A stretch of DNA of 64,000 nucleotides from an uncultured Acidobacteriota bacterium (GCA_963749565.1 CAVVNL010000022.1:44782-108781); one strand, 5' to 3'; counted from the first letter of the stretch, positions 20,161 through 32,830 are shown. Notes: generated by a model from the letters alone, not told the origin. Numbers and translations: made by a program.

Positions 20161-20505
20161 GTCGTGATCGGAACAATTCGATGCATGACACGCTGGCTTT
20201 CAAGAACGCCCCATTGCGTAGAGTACGCGCGATCACGTCGGGAATCTCCGCAACCCTCAAGCGTGCCATGGCGCGAAGGCTGTCGACGAATTCTGCCGGT
20301 CGCTGAAGCTTCCCCTCTGCGAAGAACCACTGCTGGAACTCGGCGAACCGAACCCGATGCTGTTCAGCTGAAAGTACCTGGCGACCTGCGCCAAAACCAC
20401 CCGCGCGGGTCAACGGCTCCAACGTGAATCGATAAACGATCTTTCCTGCGTATCCGGCTGGAGCGAGATGGCCGACGCAATCAGCAGCCAGGCTATCGTC
20501 AGCAT
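20157..20505 (-). CDS. possible small secreted protein, fragmented over three frames
   Basis: ATG at 20505 gives MLTIAWLLIASAISLQP (signal-like). The body EPLTRAGGFGAGRQVLSAEQHRVRFAEFQQWFFAEGKLQRPAEFVDSL lies in the ORF 19571..20422 frame. A third frame ends in a TGA overlapping the ATG at 20160. Confidence 0.25.
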
Positions 20506-20514
20506 GCGAGCACC

Positions 20515-23500
20515 CTATGGCGTGTGATCGATTGGCTGTCTAACCTTCGCGTTCAGGATATGCAGGATGCCCAGTAAAGGGATGCCGATCCACTGCGGCC
20601 GGCTCGCCAGTTCGTAACCGACCTCGTAGAGCGCCTTTTCGAGGACGAAGGCCTCGAGCAGCTGTTCGAATCCTCGATCGTCGGCGGGCACGATGCCGGT
20701 TGCCGCCGTGGTCTGGCGATACCGTTTCAGAAACGCCTCCGTCACGGACGATTCCCAGGCCTGTGCGCGCGCCTCGAGCTGCCCGCAGCGATCCGGGCGC
20801 TCCTGGCACGCCGCGAGGAATGTGGCGTGTGCCGCATAGCTGAACGATCGCAGCATCCCGGCGACGTCCTTCAGCGGCGACTGCTTCGCCCGGCGCTCGG
20901 CCAGCGGCCGGGCCGGTTCACCCTCGAAATCGATGAGCACGAAATCGTGCCCGGCCGCCAGTACCTGGCCGAGGTGATAGTCGCCATGCACGCGCGTGCG
21001 CAGGCAACCGGTGGGCAAGGCCGTAAAGGAGCCGATGCGTTGGGCGAGCCTCCGCTTGCGCGTCGAGGAGCGTCCGGGCGAGATCGCGAGCCGACGGGGG
21101 CAGAGATTCCAGTGCTTCAGCAAGCCGCGTCACGGAACGCGCCGCGTCCAGCTGGATGCTCGCGGTCAGGGCGGCAGCGTCCTCTGCCCTGAATGGCTCC
21201 GGACTGAATGCCGGATCCTGATCGTCGGCGGCGAGTTCGCGGTGCAGCTCTGCGGTCCGCTGTCCGAGCACAACGGCCGGCTCGACAAAGCGAATCGGGT
21301 CCCCGGCTGGGCCCGCCGCGTTCTCGCGTAACACGAACTCCCGCGCGTCCGCGAGCGCGCGCTCCCAGCCCGTTCCCTCGTTGGCGACAAAGGTCTGCAG
21401 CATGGCAAGGGCGGTCGGCGGGTCACCGGATCGTCTGTACTCGAGGCTCGCAATCAGAGGTGGAACGGAGCGAAACGCGCGCCCTTCCAGGAATTTCAGG
21501 ATCTCGATCTCGGGATTCGGCCCCGGCTCCAGTTTCCTGAACAGTTTCAAGACGCCGCGGTTGCCAATCACCACGCAGCTGTTGCTTTGCTCCGCAGATA
21601 CCCCGCTGAATGGGCAATCCGGCCATATCGGGTTCATTCCGGTACACCGTTGCCCCGGCGAGACCGTGACGCATCCGGATCGGCCGCCCGGCGAGCATCT
21701 CCGTCAGCAGCGTTCGGCAGGCGGCATCGTCCTCGAACGCATCGATGACCGCGGCGCCGGCGGCGCGCGCGATCAAGCCGCCGCCAAGCCGCGCGGCTGC
21801 TGCGTCGGCATCCGGGACGACGGCGAACGGCGTGAAGTACCGCTCGCGACCGCGGTCGGCGTACTCGACTTCGGCGATCGCGGGCATCAGATCCCCTGGA
21901 AGTGAACCCCTGGGCGACCAGTCGAGGATTCGGACGTTCGCGATCGCGCGTGCCTTTCCCGCGAACCATCGCTGCCGCGGCAGGAACCGCGCGAGCGCCT
22001 TCCCGGTCCCGGTCACGACATCGGCGGCCGCGATTGGCAGGTCGAAAACGTGGGCCACGCCGACGTTGGGGTCCAGCCTGACGTAGTTCCATTCGCCGCG
22101 CCACGTGTAGCGGGCGCCGTCGAGCTGATCCACGACCTCGTATCCGTCGCTCTGCGGCAGCCCGATATGGCTCAGTGGCACCCGCACCGAACCATGCTGC
22201 ATGTGCTCGTGGTCGACGTTCACGACGACGAGGATCGCGTTCGAGCGATCGGGAGAAACCTTGCAGAACGCAATCAGATTCGGGTTGTCGGTGTCGCAGA
22301 ACATCAGGCCGTCGTTCGATTGCAGCGCGGGGTTCTCGCGACGGATGCGGTTGATCGCCGTCACGAGGTCTGTGATGTGCCCGGGCCGATCCGGGTCCCA
22401 GTGCCGATACTGGTACTTCTCGGACTCCAGGTACTCCTCGGTGCCCGGCACCGCCCGGTTCTCGCACAACTCGAAGCCGCTGTAGATGCCGTAGGTCGCG
22501 CCGAGCGTCGCGGCGAGAATCAGGCGGATCTTGAACGCCGCCGGACCGCCCTCCTGCAAGTACGCATGCAGGATGTCAGGCGTGTTGGCGAAAAGATTCG
22601 GGCGGAAGAATTCCGCAGCTTCGGTCGTGGTGAGCTCGGTGAAGTACTCGGTCAGCTCGTCCTTCGTGTTCCGCCAGGTGAAATAGGTATAGGACTGCGT
22701 GAAGCCCAGCTTGGCCAGGTAGTACATCACCTTCGGGCGCGTAAACGCTTCGGCGAGGAAGATGGCGTCGGGATGCTCGGTCCTGATCTCGCCGATCAGC
22801 CATTCCCAGAACGGGTACGGCTTGGTATGCGGGTTGTCGACGCGGAAGATCGACACGCCCCTTGCAATCCAGAACTGGACGATGGATTTCAGTTCCTCCC
22901 AGAGCGCCTGCCACGCTTCGCTCTCGAAATCGAATGGGTAGATGTCCTGGTACTTCTTGGGCGGGTTCTCCGCGTACTTGATCGTTCCGTCGGGACGATG
23001 GCGAAACCATTCCGGATGCTCGCGAACGTAGGGGTGGTCCGGCGAACACTGGTAGGCGAGGTCGAGCGCAACCTCGAGGCCGAGACGCCTGGCTTCGCCT
23101 ACGAAGTGGTCGAAGTCGGCGAGCGTTCCGAGCGCGGGGTCCACCGCTTTGTGCCCGCCGGCTTCGGAGCCAATCGCCCACGGGCTGCCGGGATCGCCTG
23201 CTGCGGCGGTCAGAGAATTGTTGCGTCCCTTCCGGAAGCTCGTGCCGATCGGATGGATCGGCGGAAGGTAGACGATGTCGAAGCCCATTCCGGCGACGCG
23301 CTGCAGGTGCGTCGCGGCTTCGCGGAACGTGGCGCTGCGGGTCGGGTCCGGTCCCCACGATCGCGGGAACATTTCGTACCAGGCGCCGAAACGGGCGCGT
23401 TCGCGATCGACACGCACCGTCAGCACTCGCTCGTAAGTCGCGGCCTGGCTCAGATCGGGGAACCGGCGGGAAAGGCCGGGGAGCCGATCGTCCTGCGCCG

Positions 23501-24071
23501 CGCGCGCCCGTTCGGGCGCCGCAGCCGGGCCGCCGATGAGATCGGCCTGTGCGTCGAGCCATCGTGCGTCCTTCGTCGCGCGGGCAGCGCGCGCGCGCCC
23601 CGCGGTCTCCCGGAGGAGCGCGGCGCCTTCGAGCAGATCGCTCGAGACGTCCTGACCCGCTTCAACCTTCGCCACGAGCGATTTGCGCCACGACGCAAAG
23701 CGATCGATCCACGCCTGCACCGTGTACTCGTGGTCACACTGCCGGTCGATGTCGAAGCTCGCGGCCCACTCGTCGTTGCCGAGTGGTTGCATCGGATGGT
23801 CGAGCCATTCGCCGCGCGTGCCGCCGGCCGGCACGGCCCGATACCGGAGGAGTGCCACGATCACGTCATGGCCGTCGGCATGAACCCAGGCGTTGATGCG
23901 CACCGACTCGCCGACCGTTCGCTTGATTGGAAAGCGTCCGCCATCGATCTCGGGCCTGACGCGCTCGATCACGACGCGGCGCCGCCCTTCGAGGGATCCG
24001 GCGCGATCGGCCGAGCGTGTGATCGAAGAAGGCGGCCGAGGGATGCGGCGGGTGGCTGCGCGCGGCGACAT
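20515..24071 (-). CDS. glgE: alpha-1,4-glucan:maltose-1-phosphate maltosyltransferase (GlgE) fused to maltokinase (Mak/Pep2); frame breaks about 21620 and about 21045
   Basis: Start ATG at 24071 (MSPRAATRR). GlgE motifs: VVIERVRPEIDGGRFPIKR, WYEMFPRS, FRVDNPHTKP, FLAEAFTRP, YFTWRN, RPNLFANTPDIL. There is no stop after ...VAHVFDLP. The maltokinase follows directly: LARFLPRQRWFAGK, NSCVVIGNRGVLKLFRKLEPGPNPE, VHGDYHLGQVL, FVLIDFEGEP (ORFs 20918..21637 and 20515..21123). Confidence 0.85.
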
Positions 24072-24125
24072 GGCAGAGTCCAGTGTACTGATGACGCGAA
24101 CTCGATCCAAACTACAGAGAGAGCG

Positions 24126-25402
24126 ATGGCGACTCCTTGCATGAGGGCGGCGGCGATCTTCGCGATCGGCGCGACTCTCGCGGCCGCCGGCTGCGTTGGG
24201 CCCGGCGCGCCGGTCCTCACCTTCTCCGGCAGCGTGGTCGGACGGGAAGCCGAGGTCATCCGCCGGCAACTCGAACGCTTCGGGCAAGCGCATCCATCGA
24301 TCACGGTGGCGCTGCGCGCCACGCCCGATGCATCGGATCAGCGGCATCAGCTCTACGTCCAGTGGCTGAACGCGCGGACGAGCGATCCCGACGTCCTGCA
24401 GCTCGACGTCGTGTGGACGCCGGAGTTCGCGGCTGCCGGGTGGATTGCCGGCCTCGACCGCTTCGATCCACCCGTCGATCGCTTTTTTCCGGCCGCCGTC
24501 GCGGCCGATCGCTGGAACGGCGCGCTGTACGCCTTGCCCTGGTTCATCGACGTCGGCATGCTGTACTGGAGAACCGATCTGCTGCCGCGTCCCCCCCGCG
24601 ATCTGGACGATCTCGTCCAGCTTGCGAGGCGCGCGCAGGAGGAACGCGGCGTCCCGTTCGGCTTCGTGTGGCAGGGGGCCCGTTATGAAGGCCTCGTGAC
24701 GGTCTTTCTCGAGCACCTCGGCGCTTTCGGGGGCGCGATCCTCGACGATCAAGGCTCGGTCGCCGTCGATTCCGAGGCCGCGAGGCAGGCGTTGACGTTC
24801 ATGCGCGACGCCATTTACGCCGATGGCGTGGTGCCTCCCGCCGTGCTCACGTGGCAGGAGGAGCAGACGCGGTTCGCGTTTCAGAACGGGCAGGCCGTCT
24901 TCATGCGGAACTGGCCCTATGCCTACGGACTGATGCAGGATCGGTCGCAGTCGACCGTCGCCGGACGGTTCGCGGTCACCTCCATGCCGGCCGGCCCGGG
25001 AGGCGCGGCGACCGCGGCGCTCGGTGGCTCGGCCCTGGCCATCAACGCCTACAGCGACCAGCCCGCAGCCGCTTACGAGCTCATCGATTATCTGCTCCAG
25101 CCCGAACAGATGATCGAGCGGGCGCGCATTGCCGGCCAGTATCCCACGCGGCCGGCGCTTTACGAGACGCGCGAGCTTGCCGACGCGCTGACGATTCCAC
25201 CGGCCAGACGCACTGGCAGTCATCGAACGGGCGGTGCCGCGACCGGTCACGCCCGTCTACAGCCAGCTTTCCGAGATCCTGCAGATCTCATTGCATCGGG
25301 CACTGACGCGCCAGCAGGAGCCGGGCGCGGCGCTCCAGGAAGCGGCCGACGGCGATGCGCGCGCTGCTGGCGAAGGTGAAGCTCGGCCCGCCCACACCAT
25401 GA
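24126..25402 (+). CDS. sugar ABC transporter substrate-binding lipoprotein (trehalose/maltose-type, family 1 SBP); frame breaks about 25203 and about 25355
   Basis: Lipobox MATPCMRAAAIFAIGATLAAAGC. DVLQLDVVWTPEFAAAGW, ALPWFIDVGMLYWRTD, FMRNWPYAY. The last frame ends AMRALLAKVKLGPPTP with a TGA overlapping the permease ATG. Confidence 0.8.
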
Positions 25403-26322
25403 CGAACTCGGTACCTAAGCGGCGCAGCGCGTCGTTCCGCCGGGCCGAGGCGCGCCTCGGATGGGCGCTTGCGATGCCGGCACTCGGCGTCATTGGTCTC
25501 GTCGCCGTCTTCCCGATCCTCTGGACGTTCTGGGAGTCGCTGCACCTGCACGACCTGCGCATGCCATGGCTCGGCCGGCCGTTCGTCGGCGTGGCCAACT
25601 ACGCCGAGGCGCTGGCGGACCAGCGGTTCCGGAGCGCGTTCGCCCACACCGCCGTGTTCGTCGCGGTGACGGTCGCCGTCGAGCTCGCCGGCGGTCTGCT
25701 CCTGGCGCTCGCGCTCGACCGCGTGTCTCGCGCCCGCGAGCTCGTTCGCACGGCCGTGCTTCTGCCGTGGGCGATTCCGACAGTGGTCGCGGCCCTCGTC
25801 TGGCGCTTCATGTTCGAGAGCCCCGCCGGGGTCGCCACTGCCGTGCTCGCGGGGCTCGGGCTGGCGGCGCCGACATGGTTCGCCGACGCGCTCGCGGCCT
25901 GGGTTCCGCTCGTGCTCGCCGACGCGTGGAAGACCACGCCGTTTGTTGCGCTGTTGCTGCTGGCCGGGCTGCAGCAGATCGATCGATCGCTGTACGAAGC
26001 GGCAGACGTGGACGGCGCCGGGTCCTGGCGGCAGTTCGTCGATGTCACGCTGCCGATGCTACGGCCGGCGCTGCTGGTGGCGTTCCTCTTCCGCACGCTC
26101 GACGCCTTTCGGGTGTTCGACGTCGTGTTCGTGATGACCGGCGGAGGACCGGGCACGGCGACCGAGCCGATCGCCCTCTACACGTTCAGCACATTGCTGC
26201 AGACTCTCCGTTTCGGCTACGGTTCGGCGCTGTCGATCATCATCTTCGCGGTCGCGTTCGGTTTCGCGCTCGCCGCGATCCGCGCGTTCGGCGGCAACGC
26301 ATTCCTGGAGCGATCGGGATGA
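25399..26322 (+). CDS. sugar ABC transporter permease (MalF/ThuF-like)
   Basis: Six TM helices and an EAA loop EAADVDGAGSWRQFVDVTLPMLRP. ATGA overlaps at both ends. Confidence 0.85.
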   Translation: MTNSVPKRRSASFRRAEARLGWALAMPALGVIGLVAVFPILWTFWESLHLHDLRMPWLGRPFVGVANYAEALADQRFRSAFAHTAVFVAVTVAVELAGGLLLALALDRVSRARELVRTAVLLPWAIPTVVAALVWRFMFESPAGVATAVLAGLGLAAPTWFADALAAWVPLVLADAWKTTPFVALLLLAGLQQIDRSLYEAADVDGAGSWRQFVDVTLPMLRPALLVAFLFRTLDAFRVFDVVFVMTGGGPGTATEPIALYTFSTLLQTLRFGYGSALSIIIFAVAFGFALAAIRAFGGNAFLERSG

Positions 26323-27131
26323 GGTCACGGGGATGGACCTTCGTGACGGGCCTGCTCGTGGCGGCGATCCTGTTCCCGCTCTGCTGGGCGGTGGTGGCCT
26401 CCTTGACGCCCGAAGACCGTTTGTTCGCCTCGACGATGCTCGTGCCGCGCGCGCTGGTGCTCGATCACTATCGCGCGCTCTTCGAAGACCGCGACTTCTG
26501 GACGCCGATTCGCAATTCGCTGATCGTCGCCGGCGCCACCACGGTCGTCTCCGTCGTCCTTGGCGCGATCTGCGCGTACGCGCTGGCACGCCTCAGCTTC
26601 CGGGGGAAGGCGCCGGTGCTGGCATTCGTGCTCGCGGTGTCCATGTTCCCGCAGATCTCGATCGTTTCGCCGTTGTATCTGCTGCTGCGCGAGCTTGGCC
26701 TCCTCAACACCTATCCCGGCCTCATCCTGCCGTATCTCACCTTTGCGATGCCGCTCGCCATCTGGCTGCTCGTCGGCTTCTTCCGGCAGCTTCCGCCGGA
26801 GCTGGAGGAAGCGGGCCTGATGGACGGCGCCGGGCGCCTGCGGACGTTGTGGGAGATCATCCTGCCGCTGTCGGGGCCCGGGCTGGCGACCACGGCCATC
26901 CTGACCTTTCTCTATAGCTGGAACGAATTCCTGTTCGCCTTGTCGTTCACGCTGGGACCGGAACGGTACACCGTGCCGGTGGCAATCACGCTCTTCCGCG
27001 GACAGTATCAGGTGCCGTGGGGCGAGATTCTGGCGGCGGCGGTCGTCGCGACGGCGCCGGTCGCGGCGATCGTGCTCGTCGCGCAGCGGCGCATCGTCGC
27101 GGGTCTCACGTCCGGTGCGGTGAAAGGCTGA
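26319..27131 (+). CDS. sugar ABC transporter permease (MalG/ThuG-like)
   Basis: EAA loop EAGLMDGAGRLRTLWEIILPL. Six TM helices. ATGA overlap with the upstream permease. Confidence 0.85.
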   Translation: MRSRGWTFVTGLLVAAILFPLCWAVVASLTPEDRLFASTMLVPRALVLDHYRALFEDRDFWTPIRNSLIVAGATTVVSVVLGAICAYALARLSFRGKAPVLAFVLAVSMFPQISIVSPLYLLLRELGLLNTYPGLILPYLTFAMPLAIWLLVGFFRQLPPELEEAGLMDGAGRLRTLWEIILPLSGPGLATTAILTFLYSWNEFLFALSFTLGPERYTVPVAITLFRGQYQVPWGEILAAAVVATAPVAAIVLVAQRRIVAGLTSGAVKG

Positions 27132-27132
27132 C

Positions 27133-28222
<1,090 letters not shown>

Positions 28223-28299
28223 AGCGGCATCTCAGGGCTGGCAGTCGTCCCTCAAGGCCCGCTCACGACTTTTGAATCAAGGAATACTGTCACGACCGG

Positions 28300-28416
28300 A
28301 TGGAAGCGCCAGGGGCGTCGCGCTATCTTCGGGTCGTGGGATCGTCGGCCTCTGAACCGGGGTCAACCGTACGGCTTGTGGTCCAGACACATAGCCTTCT
28401 CCGCCGGCGATTCCAC
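28300..28416 (+). repeat. structured intergenic repeat, copy 1 (long-range stem GTGGGATCGTCGGC / GCCGGCGATTCCAC)
   Basis: 5' arm 28336-28349 and 3' arm 28403-28416 pair, with two G-U wobbles on the + strand. The upstream flank GGGGCGTCGCGCTATCTTCGGGTC is homologous to the flank of copy 2. Confidence 0.45.
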
Positions 28417-28433
28417 AATCGCCCTCCACACCA

Positions 28434-28970
28434 TCACGCTCCACTCAACTGAGCGACAGGGACATCCCGCCGGGGGTCAGGCTCGTCTGCTGCGGGCACC
28501 GACTTCATGCCGGGATCCACCAGCGGCGAATCGGCTGGGCCCCCCAAGATCATGTGATAGAGGATCAGCGTCAGGGCCGCGGCCAGGAGCGCCGGACCGA
28601 CCCATACAGCACGACGGCGCGCGCCGCGGTTGGCGCACCTGAGTTGGAGTTCGCGGAGCGCCTGGTCCTCCCACGCGATCTCCTCTTGCGCGCGATACTC
28701 CGCCAGGATCTGTTCCGGGTTCACTCCCACATGGCTGGCGAATGCGCGCAGGTGCGCGCGGACGAATATGCCACCCGGGACCCGGGCGAGGTCTCCGAGC
28801 TCGATCGCCTCGAGGACCGGGATCGAGATATTCGTGGCGGTTGCGATCTCGCGAAGGGTATATCCGCGGCGCTCGCGCGCGTCGCAAAGCGTGGCGCCTA
28901 TGTGCCGGAAGGCGGGAGGCGGATGGTCCTGCACGAAAGCGACGATAGAGCTCGCGGCGGGTGCCGTCAA
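28434..28970 (-). CDS. helix-turn-helix (Xre/RodZ-like) protein with C-terminal membrane anchor
   Basis: IGATLCDARERRGYTLREIATATNISIPVLEAIELGDLARVPGGIFVRAHLRAFA, then TM segment AVWVGPALLAAALTLILY. Confidence 0.7.
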   Translation of the reverse strand: MTAPAASSIVAFVQDHPPPAFRHIGATLCDARERRGYTLREIATATNISIPVLEAIELGDLARVPGGIFVRAHLRAFASHVGVNPEQILAEYRAQEEIAWEDQALRELQLRCANRGARRRAVWVGPALLAAALTLILYHMILGGPADSPLVDPGMKSVPAADEPDPRRDVPVAQLSGA

Positions 28971-29040
28971 TCGTCTCAGTCACGCCGGAGAATCGAGTAT
29001 TTCGTGCCGAAGAATACCGTTTCGGGCGGATGGCACTGAG

Positions 29041-29175
29041 GGCGGACGCTCGTTATCGTAGCGTCGTGGGATCGTCGCTCCCCACCACCGGGCCCAACAT
29101 CCCTCGGTTGTGGGTAGATTCCTCCGGCTGTGTCTCTCTCTTCACAGTTGTTCCACGCGGCGATCCCATTTTTTT
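29041..29175 (+). repeat. structured intergenic repeat, copy 2; closing stem followed by T7 (candidate small RNA or terminator)
   Basis: 5' arm GTGGGATCGTCGC at 29066-29078 pairs with GCGGCGATCCCA at 29157-29168. Internal hairpins are possible (CTGTG...CACAG). TTTTTTT lies at 29169-29175. Confidence 0.4.
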
Positions 29176-29195
29176 CTGCGCTCCCGGCCTCCCGC

Positions 29196-29606
29196 TCACA
29201 GGAACGAAATCAAGTACACCGCCATGCCCGCACCGATGGCGAGGAGCGCCAGACCGAGCAGCGGCGCGTGATACGAGCGGGCCGGCGGAGGCGTGGGTGT
29301 CCCGGCCACGTATCTCCGCTCGAACTGCAGGTACTCCGCGAGCGCCATCGCCTGCACGCCAACACCCATCACGACGAGAACCACGCCGAGCCAGAGTGAT
29401 GCGGTCGGTGCCGCTGCCGCCAACGGGTTCGCACCGGCCCCGCCACCGCCCGCAAACTCCCCTGGAAGGCCGACCCTCGCTACCAGGAAACCGAATCCCA
29501 TGAGTCCGAGCGCGGTACGCGTCCACGCGAGGAAGGTCCGCTGAACCGCGAGAAAGACTCGCGGGTCGTCTGACCGGACGTGGTTGTCGGCGTCCATCAC
29601 ATCCAC
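29196..29606 (-). CDS. DUF202/YidH family small membrane protein
   Basis: RVFLAVQRTFLAWTRTALGLMGFGFLV (family signature ERTFLAW.RT) plus two further TM helices. Confidence 0.75.
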   Translation of the reverse strand: MDVMDADNHVRSDDPRVFLAVQRTFLAWTRTALGLMGFGFLVARVGLPGEFAGGGGAGANPLAAAAPTASLWLGVVLVVMGVGVQAMALAEYLQFERRYVAGTPTPPPARSYHAPLLGLALLAIGAGMAVYLISFL

Positions 29607-29785
29607 CTCGCCGTGAATATTCTCTCTCCAAATTCTTGAAGTTTCGATGACGTCGGGTCCTTTCCGCGGCGAAATACGGTTATGACGGGATTGGGCATCT
29701 CGACTCCGCTGTTTATCGTCGGGCTGCCGGGCCCGCGTTCACGTCCCGGCAGGATTCTCCGGACACTCGGTTCAAGGAGGGCGCG

Positions 29786-32700
29786 ATGAGTAGATTCGTC
29801 TCGCGGGCGGCGGCGACGCTGTTGGTTCTAGTAGTCGTACCGGCGGTAGCTCACGCACAAGCGGCCATCACCGGCGTCGTCAGGGACACGTCGGGCGGCG
29901 TGCTGCCGGGAGTGACGGTGGAAGCCGCCAGCCCTGCGCTGATTGAGAAGGTGCGCGCGGTCGTCAGCGACGCCACCGGCCAGTACCGGATCGTCGACCT
30001 GCGGCCGGGCACGTATTCCGTGACGTTCACGCTGCCCGGCTTCAGTACGGTCCGGCGCGACGGCATCGAGTTGACGGGCTCGTTCGTCGCCACGGTGAAC
30101 GGCGACCTGAGGGTCGGCGCGCTCGAAGAGACGATTACGGTCACCGGCGAAACGCCGATTGTCGACGTGCAGAGCGTGAGAGTGCAGCAGACGGTCAGCA
30201 ACGACGTCATCCGGGCGATTCCGTCCTCGCGGTCGGCCGGCGGCATTCAGGCCCTGATCCCAGGGATGAGCACTGGCGGCGATTCCGGGGGCATCACGGG
30301 CGGCGGCGGCTCGGCTGGGCAGATCCACGGCGGCCGGGGCAGTGATTCGCGTACCTATAGTGACGGCCTCAACATCGGGTGGGGCGGCGGAGGCGGCGGC
30401 CAGTGGGGGAACATGGTGAACGTCGCTGCGGCGCAGGAACTGGTGCTGAGCACCTCGGGCGGGCTGGGCGAGGCCGAAACGGGCGGCGTCACGCTGAACG
30501 CGATCCCGCGCGAGGGCGGCAATACGTTCAGCGGCAGCGTTCGTCGCCAACGGCGCGACGGGCGCGATGCAGGGGAGCAACTACACGCAGGCGCTGCAGG
30601 ACGCGGGGCTGCGGGCGCCATCCGAGCTGAACAGCATGTCCGAGTTCAACCCGATGGGCGGCGGCCGCATCATCCGCGACAGGCTGTGGTTCTACGCGTC
30701 GTACCGCCGGATCGCGACCGACAACACCGTCCCCGGTATGTGGGTCAACAGGAACGCCGGCAACCCGAACTCCTGGTCGGTCAGATTTCGACCGGAGCCG
30801 GCAGGCGTTTTCGGAGACGCTGGATCGCATCGCCAGCGCGCGCATCACGTGGCAGATCACGCCGCGCAACAAGATCAATGTGAGCTGGCAGGAGCAGATT
30901 TATCAGCGGAACTTCAAGGGCGGCGGCACGGCGACGACGACGATCGAAGCCACCAACCGGGATTGGTTCGAGCCGTCACGGCTGCAGGGCGTGACCTGGT
31001 CGTCGCCGTTGAGCAGCCGTCTGCTGGCGGAGGCCGGCTGGGGCACGTACGAGTCGCGGTACCGCAATCCCGCGCCTCGGATTGACGGCACGCACAACGA
31101 CCGGATGATCCGGGCGCAGGAGCAGGCGGGCGAGATCCCGAACCTGGTCTACCGGATGCCGGCCGGCGTCGGCGGCGGCTTCAATCACCATCTGATCGGG
31201 ACGCTGGCCAACAACCGCGCCTCGCTCTCGTTCGTCACCGGCGCGCACAACATGAAGTTCGGGTACCAAGGGGGCTTCAACAACCCGAGCCAGACCTACA
31301 CCTACTTCAACGAGGTCAACAACGTGCGGCTGCGGGACGGAGTCCCCAACCAGCTCCGGCAGGTCATCGTCGCGACCGACTCTCCGGCCCGGATCAAGAT
31401 CGTGCGCAACCTCTGGCCCACCTCGTTTTATGCGCAGGATCAGTGGACGAGCAACCGGCTGACGCTGCAGGGAGGCGTGCGGTACGACTACTGGCTGACC
31501 AACTACCCCGATTCGAGCATCGGCGGCGTGGGCTACACCGCGGCGGCGGCCGAGGAAATCTTCTACCCGGCGCGGTCGACGCAGGGGCTCCAGTGGCATG
31601 ATCTGACGCCGCGCATGGGCGTCGCCTACGATCTGTTCGGCGACGGCCGGACGGCGATCAAGTTCAATCTCGGCAAGTACATGCAGGCGATTCCGGCGAC
31701 CAATGCCGACCTGGATCTCAACCCGATCATTCGCGCCGCGATCAGCACGACGCGGACGTGGACCGACACGAACAAGGATTTCGTCGCCGAACTGCGACCT
31801 GTCGAATCGGGAGGTGAACGGGGAATGCGGGAGGATGGACAACCAGAACCTCGGCCGCGAGGTGTTCGACCGGACCTACGACACCGCGTTCACCGAGGGC
31901 TGGGGTGCGCGTCCGTACAACTGGGGCCTGGGCCTCTCGGTGCAGCAGGAAATCGCGCCGCGCGTCTCGGTGAACGTCGGCTACTTCCGCAACTGGTGGG
32001 GTAACTGGTACACGGTGGACAACCGGGCGAACACGACGGCGGACTGGACGCCGTTCAGCATCACGGCGCCGGTCGATGCGCGGCTGCCCAACGGCGGCGG
32101 CCACACGATTGGCGGCCTGTACAATCTGGTGCCGTCGCGCGGTCGGCAAGGTCGACGAGCTCGCGACCTCGTCCAAGAACATCGGGGAGCAGACCGAGAA
32201 CTGGCAGGGCGTCGACGTCGGCATTTCCGCGCGGTTGCGGAACGGGCTCACGCTGCAGGGCGGCACGAGCACCGGGCGCCGGCTCTCGGATGCGTGCGCG
32301 TTGAAGGCGGCCATGCCGGAGCAGGGCCAGGGCTCGCGCGGCGCGACCACGTCGATCGCGGGCGGCGTCGCCCACTAACCCGTACTGCCGCGAGGAGGAG
32401 CCGTATCGAACGGACATCCGGGGGCTCGCGACCTATACGATTCCGCGGATCGACGTCCAGATCAGCGGCACCTACAGGAACGACGCCGGGCCACGAGCTT
32501 GCGGCCAACTACACCGTGACGAGCGCCGTTGCGGCGCCATCGCTCGGCCGCAATCTCTCGGCGGGCAACGTCAGCGTCAACCTGATCGAGCCGGGTACGT
32601 TCTATGCGAGTCGGAGCCAGAACATCGACCTCCGCGTCGCGAAGATTCTCCGGTTCGGCCGGACGCGCACGCAGATCGGCTTCGACGTCTATAACCTCAC

Positions 32701-32821
32701 GAACACGGACGTCGTCACCGGCTACAACCAGACGTTCGTGCCGACCAGCGCCTCGTGGCTGACACCGACATCGATTCAGCCGGCGCGGTACGCGAAGATC
32801 AGCGCGCAGTTTGACTTCTAG
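29786..32821 (+). CDS. TonB-dependent receptor-like outer-membrane protein with N-terminal CarboxypepD_reg domain, paralogue 1; at least 6 frame breaks (about 30550, 30785, 31790, 32145, 32375, 32490)
   Basis: Signal peptide ...PAVAHAQA. GVVRDTSGGVLPGVTVEAASPALIEKVRAVVSDATGQYRIVDLRPGTYSVTFTLPGFS. Pieces in ORFs 30567.., 30880.., 31703.. and 32076.. are colinear with paralogue 2. The C-terminus is ...IQPARYAKISAQFDF. Confidence 0.75.
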
Positions 32822-32830
32822 ACTGGCTCT

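Noticed and set aside
22050-24125. 5' two-thirds of the 1109-aa plus-strand ORF 22050..25379
   Set aside because: It is antisense to glgE. Only the part from the ATG at 24126 onward (lipoprotein signal plus SBP motifs) is credible coding sequence.
24072-25250. N-terminal 393 codons of the 1275-aa minus-strand ORF 21423..25250
   Set aside because: It is antisense to the sugar-binding protein gene. GlgE homology starts at the ATG at 24071.
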